Source: a virus (taxonomy: Duplodnaviria > Caudoviricetes). From it: 64,000 nt of DNA. The translations under genes were made by a program, and so were the position numbers. Shown here piece by piece: positions 26,171 through 36,239 of the stretch (positions are counted from its first letter, which is position 1; each line of letters starts with the position of its first letter). The notes beneath the pieces are model-generated. The model did no database searches, was not told the DNA's origin, and saw only the letters and a program-made list of their open reading frames with translations. The stretch lies in IMG/VR virus record IMGVR_UViG_3300022876_000002; one strand, given 5' to 3'.

Positions 26171-27703
26171 ATGAATGACTTACTGGTGTTGGTCAAACTG
26201 TTGTCGGCAATTTACCAAGCCAAGAAAATTAAAGATGTCAATTTGCTTAAGGAGCTGGAGGAGTTGATGGACGAACTCCCGCCACCTCCACCAGAAGTCT
26301 TTGTTCAGAACAAAGATATCCGAGAGAGTATCAAAAGCACAATTGCGTGGCTGTTTGACGAGCCAGATGATGAACCGATCATAAAATCAGTATTGTTACA
26401 ACGTGTGCGGATGTTCTCTGGTATTACCGAGGATATCAAGCTCAGTATTGAAGACGGTTTAGAAGACTTTGACGACGAGCAAATGACTCGTAAGGTAATC
26501 TACAAACAGATTACTGATATACGTCTTAGTTTGGAAGACAAGGGTTTTGCTGAGAAATGGAAGCGCGCTACTAAGCAGTACTTCTTTAAAGACATTAGCG
26601 AGATCACCAAAGAAGACTGGGTTAACCTGTCGGATATCATCAACGACCGGATGGCTACGCTATATGAGGAGAAGCAGTCAGAGGTTATTTGTGAGGTCAG
26701 TACTGCAGACCCTACTAGCTTCCATGCGACCATCGATCTGGCTAAGAAGGAAAACTCCAACGAGGGTATCCTCAAGTCTGGTATCCAGGCACTGAACTTG
26801 GCACTCAGTCCTGATGGTGGTTTCCGTCGTAGTAAGTTCTATCTACTCAACGCATTGACCAACCGTGGTAAGTCGTTGACTGTGGCGCACCTTACTGCAT
26901 CGGTAGGTCTGTACAACAAACCACAGCTGCGTAATAAGGCTAAGATCCCAACGATCCTCCTGGAGTCGGCAGAAGACACCATGGACCTTATTATCCAGCG
27001 TATGTACAAGCTGGCTATTACTGCTACCACCGACAACGAACCAGATTTCAACCTGGCTGAGAACGACGATATCGTTGAAGCTATCTGCAGCTGCTTCAAA
27101 CAGAACGGTTGGGTACTGGTCATCAAGGTTATCGATTCGAGCAAAGACACCGCTGCTGCTATGTTCGATCGTGTACGTCGCATGGAGCTCAAAGGCCACG
27201 AAATCATTTTCTACGCCTACGACTACGCTGCGCTGCAGAACTACGACAAGCTCCCGGGTGAAACCAAGTCGGATAAACTCCAACTGCACTTCCGGAAGAT
27301 TCGTGCGTTTATCATTGCTCGTGGTATTTGCTTCATTACTCCGCACCAGCTTAGCCCCGATGCTAAGAAACGTTTGCAGGAGTCGGATGAAGAGTCTGAG
27401 GTTTACTTCGCCAGAGAAGTCGCGGGTAAGTCTTATACTGAAACATCCACCAAGATTACCAACGAAGTCGATGTGGAGATTACCTTCCATGTGGCCAAGA
27501 CTTCGTTCAAAGCTTACTGGACGTTCTCCATCGGTAAGCAGCGCGGTGAAGGTTGCCTTCCCGAGCATCGGTTTGCCATCTACGATATCCATCCCGTGCA
27601 TGGGTTGAAGCACGATATCAATGGCAAGCCACAGTTCAGACGTAGTTTGCAGACACGACTAAACGAACTAGGCGAGATTGAAGCCGATATCGACTCTATT
27701 TGA
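26171..27703 (+). CDS. dnaB: DnaB-like replicative helicase (phiKZ gp118-like)
   Basis: Walker A NALTNRGKS, H1a LESAED, Walker B-like YAYDY, H4 ITPHQLS, GKQRG arginine-finger region. Confidence 0.9.
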   Translation: MNDLLVLVKLLSAIYQAKKIKDVNLLKELEELMDELPPPPPEVFVQNKDIRESIKSTIAWLFDEPDDEPIIKSVLLQRVRMFSGITEDIKLSIEDGLEDFDDEQMTRKVIYKQITDIRLSLEDKGFAEKWKRATKQYFFKDISEITKEDWVNLSDIINDRMATLYEEKQSEVICEVSTADPTSFHATIDLAKKENSNEGILKSGIQALNLALSPDGGFRRSKFYLLNALTNRGKSLTVAHLTASVGLYNKPQLRNKAKIPTILLESAEDTMDLIIQRMYKLAITATTDNEPDFNLAENDDIVEAICSCFKQNGWVLVIKVIDSSKDTAAAMFDRVRRMELKGHEIIFYAYDYAALQNYDKLPGETKSDKLQLHFRKIRAFIIARGICFITPHQLSPDAKKRLQESDEESEVYFAREVAGKSYTETSTKITNEVDVEITFHVAKTSFKAYWTFSIGKQRGEGCLPEHRFAIYDIHPVHGLKHDINGKPQFRRSLQTRLNELGEIEADIDSI

Positions 27704-27723
27704 GCGCATAAGCAAACATAACC

Positions 27724-27758
27724 CTATACCCCTGGCCCTACTAGGGCCAGGGGTATAG
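27724..27758. terminator. Hairpin at a convergent junction
   Basis: 16-bp stem CTATACCCCTGGCCCT / AGGGCCAGGGGTATAG. Confidence 0.75.
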
Positions 27759-27784
27759 TAAGGCTTATTTCGCAAATTTGGAGC

Positions 27785-28264
27785 TTAGCCCAAATAGCCT
27801 GGCTTGAATGCCGCAGACCCCAAGTACTTAGATGGGTTATCTTTGGCTATTTGCACGACATCAAGGCTACCTAAAGCCGTGGTGTAGTTACCCCAAGATT
27901 CCGCCATTTGCGCTACCAGAGCTTTTTGCTTGGCGTCAATGGTGTCCATGAGTTCTTCTGTGGTGCCTACGCCTCTAACGTAGTGCAAGAGCTCACCGAT
28001 AACGAAGTCCTTCCATCGTGCCGCAGACTCTGGCGCTAGTTTATCAGTAACGCCCAGTAAAGCAATAACACCCCCGTTGATGCCATCAGGATGCTTATCC
28101 AGTTGACGAACGCCAATTAATTTCTCCATTTCATCACAGAACCCACGACGACGGTCAAGTGCTTCAACAATGCTGTTTGTTGCTGCCGCAAATCCCTTAG
28201 CAAAGAAACCAGGTTGCAGTTGGGTGGCAACACCGTCTTCGATCTTTTCGATATAACCTTTCAT
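27785..28264 (-). CDS. Hypothetical protein
   Basis: 159 aa; AAGGG upstream; only gene between the gp101-like gene and DnaB. Confidence 0.7.
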   Translation of the reverse strand: MKGYIEKIEDGVATQLQPGFFAKGFAAATNSIVEALDRRRGFCDEMEKLIGVRQLDKHPDGINGGVIALLGVTDKLAPESAARWKDFVIGELLHYVRGVGTTEELMDTIDAKQKALVAQMAESWGNYTTALGSLDVVQIAKDNPSKYLGSAAFKPGYLG

Positions 28265-28294
28265 GTAAATACCCTTTAAATGATGATGTCGTAC

Positions 28295-28316
28295 GTAGGG
28301 TACTATAGTACCCTAC
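28295..28316. repeat. Perfect 22-bp palindrome
   Basis: GTAGGGTACTA-TAGTACCCTAC in the intergenic region. Confidence 0.7.
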
Positions 28317-28408
28317 TACTCCGCTTAGCCTATACTCAAAAATAACCCAACCATCCCCACCCGCTTTCGCAGACAGTTCTCATTAAGTGTATAAACTAAT
28401 ACACTCAG

Positions 28409-29749
28409 TTAAGAAACAACGGTTTCCTCTGGTCGGATTAACAGCACCAGGGTAGAGTGTTCCCGGAAGGTTGGTTCTAGTGCTTCGGTATCCATCTGGT
28501 ACTCTGTCCGTAGAGCACCGATACTACCCTCCTGGTAGACCAAGTGTTCTGGTCCACTCATGTAGTAGTAGCGCACAGGCATTGCTGGGTCAATCATTTC
28601 CCAGTTCGAGTTATGCCACGGGATAGTCGTGGTGTTAATATCACTCAAGGCGTTGTCGCTTAGGTGCTTACAAAGGTTACCCGTAGGCAGGAACTCTGTA
28701 GGAATCCATTCCTCACCAGACATACGAGCTTTGGTACGGTATTCCGACAAGGAGTCCTGACTGGTAGTTACCGCCACACCCTTGTTGTAGTACCGACCGG
28801 TTTCACCCATAGCTGCGTCAGATGTGATAATCCGTTTACCCACACCTTTGTTCTGACGCTTAACGTCGGAGTTGTCACTGTTGATCGCTTCACCTGTAGC
28901 AAAGATAGTCACGGACTTATCGTCAGCAATCCAGGTGTTGTGCAACGTAGGGAATACGTTCTGCGGCAAACGGTAGATGTTCAATACCCGTCTAGCTTTC
29001 TCGTAACGGCCGTCACGGTACAGTGGGTAGATGCGCCACAGTCCTTTACGGTAGTACATCCCTAGCCCGGTATTGTAGATACCGTATTCCTCATGCTGTT
29101 GGAGGAACTGCCCCAGGTCAATCAACCTGGTACCGAAAGGAATGACAATGTGCTTGAACACCCGGTCGTTGTCGATAGGCTGCTCAATGTCCACCCCTTT
29201 CCACGCATCTGGTCCAGTTAAGCCCAAAGACTCACCGGCTTCACACAGCTTGTCATGCAGTGCGTTGTCCAGCGTAGACATCAACAAGATATCTTGTGCT
29301 GGCAGGTTGCGCAGTTTACCCATACCGGTCTCGTACAGCTGGAACGAGATCGTGATAATGTTAGTTTCGTCCTTACCACCCAAGTTAGCCTGGGCGGTGT
29401 GGCTACCTTCCATCTCTGGGTTATCTGCGTCGATCGGTGTTGCACGGAACCGATACATTGTCTGGTTTACGCCTGTACGCTCGCAGACCTCGATGATCAG
29501 ATCCTCTTTATACGGCAGGATATTGTTCTGGTACACACCCGGTTGGATCTGTACGCGAATAGTGCAGTCGTCACCCCGTCCCGATACAAAAGAACACATC
29601 CTTGCGAACCCGTTGGGGATCAGTAATGGAATCTGTTCCACCGGGGTGATAGCCATGGCGGTCATATTGAACTTACGTTCGTTACGCTGAGTAGCCTCAA
29701 CGTACTGGACGTACTCAATAAGGTTTTGTAAGGAACGGGGTGCTTCCAT
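28409..29749 (-). CDS. Virion structural protein, probable baseplate hub (phiKZ gp101-like)
   Basis: 446 aa; LQQHEEYGIYNTGLGMYY and WHNSNWEMIDPAMPV.Y.Y motifs; synteny. Confidence 0.6.
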   Translation of the reverse strand: MEAPRSLQNLIEYVQYVEATQRNERKFNMTAMAITPVEQIPLLIPNGFARMCSFVSGRGDDCTIRVQIQPGVYQNNILPYKEDLIIEVCERTGVNQTMYRFRATPIDADNPEMEGSHTAQANLGGKDETNIITISFQLYETGMGKLRNLPAQDILLMSTLDNALHDKLCEAGESLGLTGPDAWKGVDIEQPIDNDRVFKHIVIPFGTRLIDLGQFLQQHEEYGIYNTGLGMYYRKGLWRIYPLYRDGRYEKARRVLNIYRLPQNVFPTLHNTWIADDKSVTIFATGEAINSDNSDVKRQNKGVGKRIITSDAAMGETGRYYNKGVAVTTSQDSLSEYRTKARMSGEEWIPTEFLPTGNLCKHLSDNALSDINTTTIPWHNSNWEMIDPAMPVRYYYMSGPEHLVYQEGSIGALRTEYQMDTEALEPTFREHSTLVLLIRPEETVVS

Positions 29750-29751
29750 GA

Positions 29752-30534
29752 TTAACCTTCTCTAAATATCCAGTCAGGGTTTGCCACCATTTGGGGCTGT
29801 TGGGCAAACAATGTATCAAACGGCACAACTGGTTGCAGTAGTTGTTGTTGCTGTACGGCCAGCTCTGGGTTGAATGGAGCTGGGTTGTACATTGGGGCAG
29901 CGGGACCTTCGTAGCTGTGGCTACTAGTGCCCATAAGCTCGTCCAGAGGGCTGTAGAAGCTGATGCCATCCTTACTGCCATGGATCACCTGCTCAACCAT
30001 AGAAGACATCCCAAACAGCGCGCGGAAGCCTGCTAGGCCAGCACCTTCCAGTTGGGTGTCTTGTTCATACTGCTTGCGCTCTTTCTCACGTTTGACAAAC
30101 GGCTTGATGCGTTTGTATACGTTGAACAACAAGTAAGCCAGTGACTCGAGTTCCCGTAACTCAGCAAACGTGGGAGCTTTAAAGTCTGGGGCATTCTTAA
30201 TGATCTCGCACCACAGTGCGATATACTCAGTCAACCCTTCGTAGACTTCAATCACTGATTTGTTGTAGCGTTCGAACACGATATCCTCAGCCGACTGGAA
30301 GTTCTCCATGTACATGAGGATCTGCGGGATTTTCATTACCCGCATGCCTTTCTCGGAATAGAAGTCGTGGTCGTTAGCAAACCCTTCCTGGGTGTACGTA
30401 GGACGTGTACGGATTTGGTCCAGAGTCATCATTTTCTCTGGAGCGATGTGTACTCGGTAGCCTCGGTGCTGCACAATGTTGTAAAGACTAATCAAACGCT
30501 TCCTTACAAAATCATACCGCGCGTATGTCATCAT
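29752..30534 (-). CDS. Conserved hypothetical protein (phiKZ gp100-like)
   Basis: 260 aa, tightly coupled within the structural operon. Confidence 0.65.
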   Translation of the reverse strand: MMTYARYDFVRKRLISLYNIVQHRGYRVHIAPEKMMTLDQIRTRPTYTQEGFANDHDFYSEKGMRVMKIPQILMYMENFQSAEDIVFERYNKSVIEVYEGLTEYIALWCEIIKNAPDFKAPTFAELRELESLAYLLFNVYKRIKPFVKREKERKQYEQDTQLEGAGLAGFRALFGMSSMVEQVIHGSKDGISFYSPLDELMGTSSHSYEGPAAPMYNPAPFNPELAVQQQQLLQPVVPFDTLFAQQPQMVANPDWIFREG

Positions 30535-31838
30535 GATGGAACTCCGAATTTCCGACTGACTTGGATCAGTAGAATCAAAATAGCACCATGATAGAGTTGT
30601 TCCTTAGGAGTGAGCTTGAAATACTCATCCTTGCAGTACGCCAGCAACTCTTTACGTGGCACGATCTTTTGTTTGAGGATCTTGTAAACCAGCTTTTCAA
30701 ACACAGTCTCTGGTTCACCGTTGTAGAAAGCTTCCCCGAACACATAGCTACCGATTTTGGATTGAGGGCTAGGACGCAGGATAGGGTAACCATCCATGTT
30801 GTAATAGACCTTGTACTGTTTGTACTCCTCCGGGTCGGTACAGATGAAATACGTGAACTTACTGGAACGCAAGTTACCGTACAGACGGCTGTTAACCAGG
30901 CGGTCTACACCGATCATGGCTGCGCCCTTAGGGCACTGCGACAACAGGTTGAAATCACCACGCAGGATTACGTCCCAGATGTTGATTGTCCCATGCATAC
31001 CGAAGTCACGACCACCGTACTGTGTAGACAGTTGTCCAATCACAGGATACATGACACGCATATCTGGTTCGATCACTGCGGAGAGGAACTTAACCAGGTA
31101 CTGGTCGTAAACGTAACCACCCAGGACTTCAGTGTCCCCACTGGTGTTGTACGCAATGGTCCGTTCTGGGTTCCACCAGAATTTGGTCATGATCCACTGG
31201 CCAATGGTAGTCCGCCACTGGAACAGTTGCGCTTCGGTGTCGAAGTCATCTTCACTGAGTAGGCCCACACCGCCACTAAGAGCCGAATCAATCGAGTAGA
31301 CCAACTCCTGTTGTACCCGACGCTCTAACTCATCAGCCCAGTCTTTCTGCAAGATACCAACCATCTGGAAGGTAATACGGTAGGCTTTGTTGGCAGTGAA
31401 GTTCGGGAGTTCGGGTTGTTCGGTGAGCTGGAACAAACCAGCACGACCGTCCATGATCTCAGCAATGAACACGTCTCCACGGATAGGAGGCAACCCAAAG
31501 CTTACCCAGCCAGTGTAGTCTACCTTAGACTCGGCTTTCTGTGGGTCAAAGCTAAACGCTCCGTCACCCTCAGACTTAACTACCAGCCTACGGATACGAG
31601 TGTACTGGTTGTACGTAGCCGCGTTGAACGGATCAAACGGTTGTGGTTCCTCGTCAGGTGCCACACGTTGACGGTAGTACTCCACCTGGAACGGGGTACC
31701 CTGCACCATGGTGATCAGTGCGGTCTCAGGCTGGTAGGTGCCTTCTACGATTCCGTGGCGGTATTGCTCGTTGTAGATCTTGGGGGTTTCTGGTTCTGGT
31801 GGGAGAATCTCACCCAACGGGGTAATATCAAACGACAT
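30531..31838 (-). CDS. Virion structural protein (phiKZ gp99-like)
   Basis: 435 aa; VQGTPFQVEYYRQ and PPIRGDVFIAEIMDGRAGLFQ motifs. Confidence 0.65.
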   Translation of the reverse strand: MSFDITPLGEILPPEPETPKIYNEQYRHGIVEGTYQPETALITMVQGTPFQVEYYRQRVAPDEEPQPFDPFNAATYNQYTRIRRLVVKSEGDGAFSFDPQKAESKVDYTGWVSFGLPPIRGDVFIAEIMDGRAGLFQLTEQPELPNFTANKAYRITFQMVGILQKDWADELERRVQQELVYSIDSALSGGVGLLSEDDFDTEAQLFQWRTTIGQWIMTKFWWNPERTIAYNTSGDTEVLGGYVYDQYLVKFLSAVIEPDMRVMYPVIGQLSTQYGGRDFGMHGTINIWDVILRGDFNLLSQCPKGAAMIGVDRLVNSRLYGNLRSSKFTYFICTDPEEYKQYKVYYNMDGYPILRPSPQSKIGSYVFGEAFYNGEPETVFEKLVYKILKQKIVPRKELLAYCKDEYFKLTPKEQLYHGAILILLIQVSRKFGVPS

Positions 31839-33357
31839 CGTCCAATACCTCTAATAAGTGTGCGTTGAGACCCATCTGCATCATGTAGCGGTTAAAGTCA
31901 TTAGGCGGTAACCCACGACCTTTGTTGATACCAGCACGAATGATGTGTGGGTAGGCAGCCCAAGGTTTAGGCAAGTTCCACCAGTCAAACCCTTGGAACA
32001 ATGTGGGGAGGATTGCCTCGTCTTCTGGGTTCTGCATCAAGTCATCCCAGAAGCTGGGGAAATAATCACGTACGGCGTGGTCGATACAGACTACCAATCG
32101 GTACTTGTTCTTGAAGTTCACTTGGTCCTTCAAGGTGACGATCCCGGTCTCATCCATAGACAGTCGCACTGGCAGCACCTGGAGGTCTTCAGAGAACACC
32201 CGTACCCAGAAAGGCGAATGGAACTGATCGAACACCGTAGCACGTCTGCGCAGGATGTACTGCTTAACACGTTCGTTCCATTTGAAACCAGGGATCTCAA
32301 AGATGTTGCCGAGTACCTGTTCACCCATGGTGTCTTTAACGGTAAGGCGTGCTTGTACTACTGGTTGGATCCAGTCACCACCTGGCATCACCCATGGGTC
32401 GTGCGCAGGCAGTTTAAGGTAGTACGGTGCCTGATACTTACGTGTGTCAGTAAGAGCTTTACCCAAAGCCATCTCCGGGTTAACCCGGATGTTGAAACGC
32501 TGAGTGAAACCTTCTTCTGGTTTAGGAATCCAAACCTGGTCGATCTCATCCTGGTATACGTTGAGTGGGTATTCAAGTTCCCAACCCACAAACTCAGGGA
32601 AGTGGAACTTATAACCGATCTCGACTTCGTACTTACCGTAGGTGTCGGCATTACGGGTCTGGGAAACCTTAGGTTCCTTAAACTCGATACCGATCTCATC
32701 CAAACGCACAGGTACTACTAACCGTGGGTTCTTGTTGGCATCGTCAGAGATGTTCATGAACGGTACACGACGGTACTTGGAGAACCACACACCGAACTCT
32801 GGTGTGGTAGGGTCGTTCTTTACCAGGAGCTTGTGGATAGACAGGAACAATGCAATGATGGAGTTATTGAACACCATGTGTACCGTTGCACTGAAGTTCA
32901 TGTCCACTACTTGCTGAGCTTGCGCCCGGTTAATACGACGACGGAACTGGTCAGCCAACTTGGAACTGTTGAAGTGGGCTACTACAGCTACGTTAACCAC
33001 ACGACCAGCGTACGACGGATAAACCATCATTGGCTTGGGGTCGTCATTCATCCACACTGGGCGTTCGGTCATCTCACGACGTTGGTTAGCAAAGCCAGAG
33101 TTGAATGGAGAGTCCTCGAACTCAGCCACCACAAATAGCTTGTTACGGAACATCCCGTCCGTGTACAAGTCAGTACGCACACGATCGCCATTGTTACTAC
33201 CTACCAACTTGGCGATCTCATTACGGCCGTTGTAGAAGATCTCTGCGGTAGACTCCAGGTTGTAGAACCGGAGCATACGACGCAAGGAATCCATAACAGC
33301 TGGTCGAGCAAAGGACCGATAGTCCTCCTCCGACATCATGGTAGTTTTAAGAAGCAT
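31828..33357 (-). CDS. Virion structural protein (phiKZ gp98-like)
   Basis: 509 aa from ATG 33357 (AGGAG upstream). Confidence 0.65.
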   Translation of the reverse strand: MLLKTTMMSEEDYRSFARPAVMDSLRRMLRFYNLESTAEIFYNGRNEIAKLVGSNNGDRVRTDLYTDGMFRNKLFVVAEFEDSPFNSGFANQRREMTERPVWMNDDPKPMMVYPSYAGRVVNVAVVAHFNSSKLADQFRRRINRAQAQQVVDMNFSATVHMVFNNSIIALFLSIHKLLVKNDPTTPEFGVWFSKYRRVPFMNISDDANKNPRLVVPVRLDEIGIEFKEPKVSQTRNADTYGKYEVEIGYKFHFPEFVGWELEYPLNVYQDEIDQVWIPKPEEGFTQRFNIRVNPEMALGKALTDTRKYQAPYYLKLPAHDPWVMPGGDWIQPVVQARLTVKDTMGEQVLGNIFEIPGFKWNERVKQYILRRRATVFDQFHSPFWVRVFSEDLQVLPVRLSMDETGIVTLKDQVNFKNKYRLVVCIDHAVRDYFPSFWDDLMQNPEDEAILPTLFQGFDWWNLPKPWAAYPHIIRAGINKGRGLPPNDFNRYMMQMGLNAHLLEVLDDVV

Positions 33358-33375
33358 AAAGACTCCTAACAAACA

Positions 33376-33407
33376 ACTATAACTGGAGGTCTCCCTCCAG
33401 TTATAGT
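33376..33407 (-). terminator. Terminator-like hairpin
   Basis: 14-bp stem with a GAGA (GNRA) loop on the minus strand. Confidence 0.65.
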
Positions 33408-33414
33408 AAACGGT

Positions 33415-34896
33415 TTATTTTGCTTTGGCTTTACCCTTACCCGCAGCTTTGGCGGCCGGGGCTGGTGCAGCAGCTGGCTCAGTAGCAGCAGGCTTGTTCT
33501 CGTCAGTCTTGACCTCAGCATCTTTGCTGAAGATTTTCGGACCAATGCCTTTAATGCACTTCTTGATACCAGCGACGTATTTCTTCTGGGCTTGCGCAGC
33601 CTTACGGACTTCAGCCACTTTCTCTTTGGCCTTAGCGATTTTGTCAGATACGTTAGACTTGGCATTGGCTACCACGTCTTTGTTATCTGCCTTAGTGCTA
33701 GCGGCTTTGGTGTTAGCGGCTTTCAGTTCATCATGGGCGGCTTTAGCAGCGTTGAGTTTCTCACCCAGCTTACCTTCTTTGGTCATCTGCTTGCTCAGCA
33801 GTGCCTGCAAGGCATCCAGTACACGACTAGCGTCAGCAGGGGTATTCAAGGTTTTAACAACCTTACCTACCGCACCAGTGGTATCGATACTGGCAGCCAA
33901 AGCAATGATACCCTTCTTAGCAGCATCGTTGATCTGGACGTTTTTGTTTTCCATCGACTGGATGGCTTTCTTGTTGTTCTCCGCTACAGTTTCAACTTCC
34001 TTAGCGACCTCCTCGGCCTCCTCAGGAGAGAACAACTCGAAGAAGCTAGCCAGGGCTTCCTTGATCCACTCGTAGGCTTTGGTACCCATCTCCTTGATGG
34101 AGTCGAGCATACCTTCCTCGTTACCCTGGTAAGCTGCCAGACGAATGTCGTTAGCGAACAGTACCCCGGCAGCATAACGCGCCGCCTCAGTACCCTCACG
34201 ACCAGAAAGCAAGTCTTCCATGCCTTCCAAGACCTTGATGGGGTGGTCCATCACACAACCACATTCACAGCCCTGGTGACCACTGCACTCAACACCGGTA
34301 GTGAAATCCGGTACGTACATTGGGTACACATCGTTGTAGTCAGCTGGGGCGTATTCTTCCATCCCAGCCAACATACCGTTGTGGGCGGTAACGAACACAT
34401 CTACCAGCTGGAGGATCTTGACACAGTACGACAGATTACGAGTATAGAGTTCCAAGAAGTCGGTCTCGATACCCTCGTCGAACTTTTCACGCATCGCGTC
34501 TACGAGTTGCTGTGCTTGTTCGATCCACAGGTTAACACCGGCAGTGGAGTCACGCTCAGCTACCTTGTTACCGTAGGCACAGATCAATGCAGCGATCTGG
34601 TGGGTGTCGTCTTTGGAACCGTTGGTGAAGTTGTAATGCAGTTCTACCAAGTAACGGTCCAACACCTGGTTGACTTCGAGTTCACTGGCATCGAAGTAAT
34701 CGATCTCACGTTCAGCGCCATTCAAGATGCTGTGAGCGCGCTCGAGGATGTCTTCGTTGGTCCACTCAGCCCAGTTACCAAAATCGTAACCCAGTTGGTG
34801 AAGTGTGCGAATCAACACCGGATTGGATTCTTGTGTGGGGCGGTTAGGGGATACCAGCAAAATGCCGAGTAATCCCAGTTCCCTTAATGCGCGCAT
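33415..34896 (-). CDS. Internal head / ejected protein with long propeptide
   Basis: 493 aa; GME, GME, GTE and GNE sites, then amphipathic GMLDSIKEMGTKAYEWIKEALASFFELF; Lys/Ala-rich tail. Confidence 0.7.
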   Translation of the reverse strand: MRALRELGLLGILLVSPNRPTQESNPVLIRTLHQLGYDFGNWAEWTNEDILERAHSILNGAEREIDYFDASELEVNQVLDRYLVELHYNFTNGSKDDTHQIAALICAYGNKVAERDSTAGVNLWIEQAQQLVDAMREKFDEGIETDFLELYTRNLSYCVKILQLVDVFVTAHNGMLAGMEEYAPADYNDVYPMYVPDFTTGVECSGHQGCECGCVMDHPIKVLEGMEDLLSGREGTEAARYAAGVLFANDIRLAAYQGNEEGMLDSIKEMGTKAYEWIKEALASFFELFSPEEAEEVAKEVETVAENNKKAIQSMENKNVQINDAAKKGIIALAASIDTTGAVGKVVKTLNTPADASRVLDALQALLSKQMTKEGKLGEKLNAAKAAHDELKAANTKAASTKADNKDVVANAKSNVSDKIAKAKEKVAEVRKAAQAQKKYVAGIKKCIKGIGPKIFSKDAEVKTDENKPAATEPAAAPAPAAKAAGKGKAKAK

Positions 34897-35028
34897 AGCT
34901 TATCCTTTGATTAAAGCCCCTAGGAGGGGCCTTATAAACGTTTTAGTGCGTTATCAGTACCATTTATCAAACTGATAGAGATAACACACCACAAGAGGCT
35001 TTACGGGGCTTATAACCCACGCCTGGAG

Positions 35029-36114
35029 TTATTTAAGATCCTTGTCCACACTTTGGTTGTACACGACACCAGTGCACCCAATAGTGGCGGCAGCGCGAAT
35101 GCACTTAGCGATCAGTTCCTGGAGGAAACTCAAGTTAGCCATAGCGGTGGTAACCATCGACTTAACACCGCTAGCAACGAGTTTAGCACCAGTCGAATCT
35201 TTAACGTCTAACGAACTGGCAAACTTGATGGACTCGTTCAGACCTTTCACCACATTCGTTTCCATGTCGGTGATTTTCTTGGTAGCGTCACTAGACAACT
35301 TGTTACTAGCGCGGGCTGCTTTAAGTACAGCCAGGTTACCAGCAGCAGTAGGCTGGAACTTAAGGGTAACTCCTTTCTTGGCCTTGGTGATCTTGCCATT
35401 GGCGCGGCCGATCAGTTTACCGTTATCTGCAATATCCAGGACCACACCACCAATGAAAGGGCCGTCCTTAAACAGCTTGTTGATGGCACTGATATGCTCG
35501 GAGCGGGCTTTGTCCATGTCTTCTTTGGCATTGGACAACATGCCGTCTTTAACGTTAACGTTAATGTGGTTAACGTCGTCGATGTATTTCTGTACTTCCT
35601 TGAGGTAGGGTTCCAGTTGCTTGGTGATCACCTCGTTAACTTTAGACAGGGATTTAGTTACCCAGCCAATGTCGCTACCGGGATTACCGGAACCATCCCA
35701 AATACGGGTATAGTCTTTAGGGTAGGGAACTGGATCTTTGTCTACCCCTTTTACTTCAATGGCTTTCTCGGCTTTCTCAGTAGTACGCTCGATTTGTGCG
35801 GAGCTGTTGCCGAAGAAGCTAAAGATCCATTTGAAAAACTTCTTGATGTTTTCGATGAAGGCATTAAAGCCTTTACCGATAGTCTCGAAGAAACCTTCGT
35901 TACCATCTACCCGACGTGGTTGTACACGGGCTTCCTGGATAATGAAACGATAGAAACTTTCAGTACCAGTTACATCACCTTTGTCGTCGTATTCCTTAGA
36001 AAGCTCGTCTTCATCTTTCTCTGGGAGCTCTGGTTCTTTGGTCTGGGACTGTTCCCAGACTTCCATTACGGTTGGTGTGTTCACAAAGCGTAACGGAGCT
36101 ACGTATTCAGACAT
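35029..36114 (-). CDS. Internal head / ejected protein
   Basis: 361 aa from ATG 36114 (AGGA upstream; the track's TTG start lies in a U-tract); GTE, GNE|GFFETIGKGFNAFIENIKKFFKWIFSFFG. Confidence 0.7.
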   Translation of the reverse strand: MSEYVAPLRFVNTPTVMEVWEQSQTKEPELPEKDEDELSKEYDDKGDVTGTESFYRFIIQEARVQPRRVDGNEGFFETIGKGFNAFIENIKKFFKWIFSFFGNSSAQIERTTEKAEKAIEVKGVDKDPVPYPKDYTRIWDGSGNPGSDIGWVTKSLSKVNEVITKQLEPYLKEVQKYIDDVNHINVNVKDGMLSNAKEDMDKARSEHISAINKLFKDGPFIGGVVLDIADNGKLIGRANGKITKAKKGVTLKFQPTAAGNLAVLKAARASNKLSSDATKKITDMETNVVKGLNESIKFASSLDVKDSTGAKLVASGVKSMVTTAMANLSFLQELIAKCIRAAATIGCTGVVYNQSVDKDLK

Positions 36115-36170
36115 GTTTGTTATCCTGTTAATTGGACGATAGCGACCTATAGCATTTAAGCGAAAATGCA

Positions 36171-36217
36171 AAAAAAGAAATATAATAACCTACCAGCCCC
36201 GAAGGACTGGTAGGTTA
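36171..36217 (-). terminator. Intrinsic terminator with cUUCGg loop
   Basis: 14-bp stem with a U-G pair and UUCG loop, followed by UUUCUUUUUUU. Confidence 0.8.
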
Positions 36218-36239
36218 CCATTAAGGGTTAAGCCGAAGC

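Noticed and set aside
33366-33665. 99-aa K/R/L-rich ORF overlapping the end of the 493-aa gene
   Set aside because: Alternate-frame reading of Ala/Lys codons; it runs through the terminator hairpin and has no RBS.
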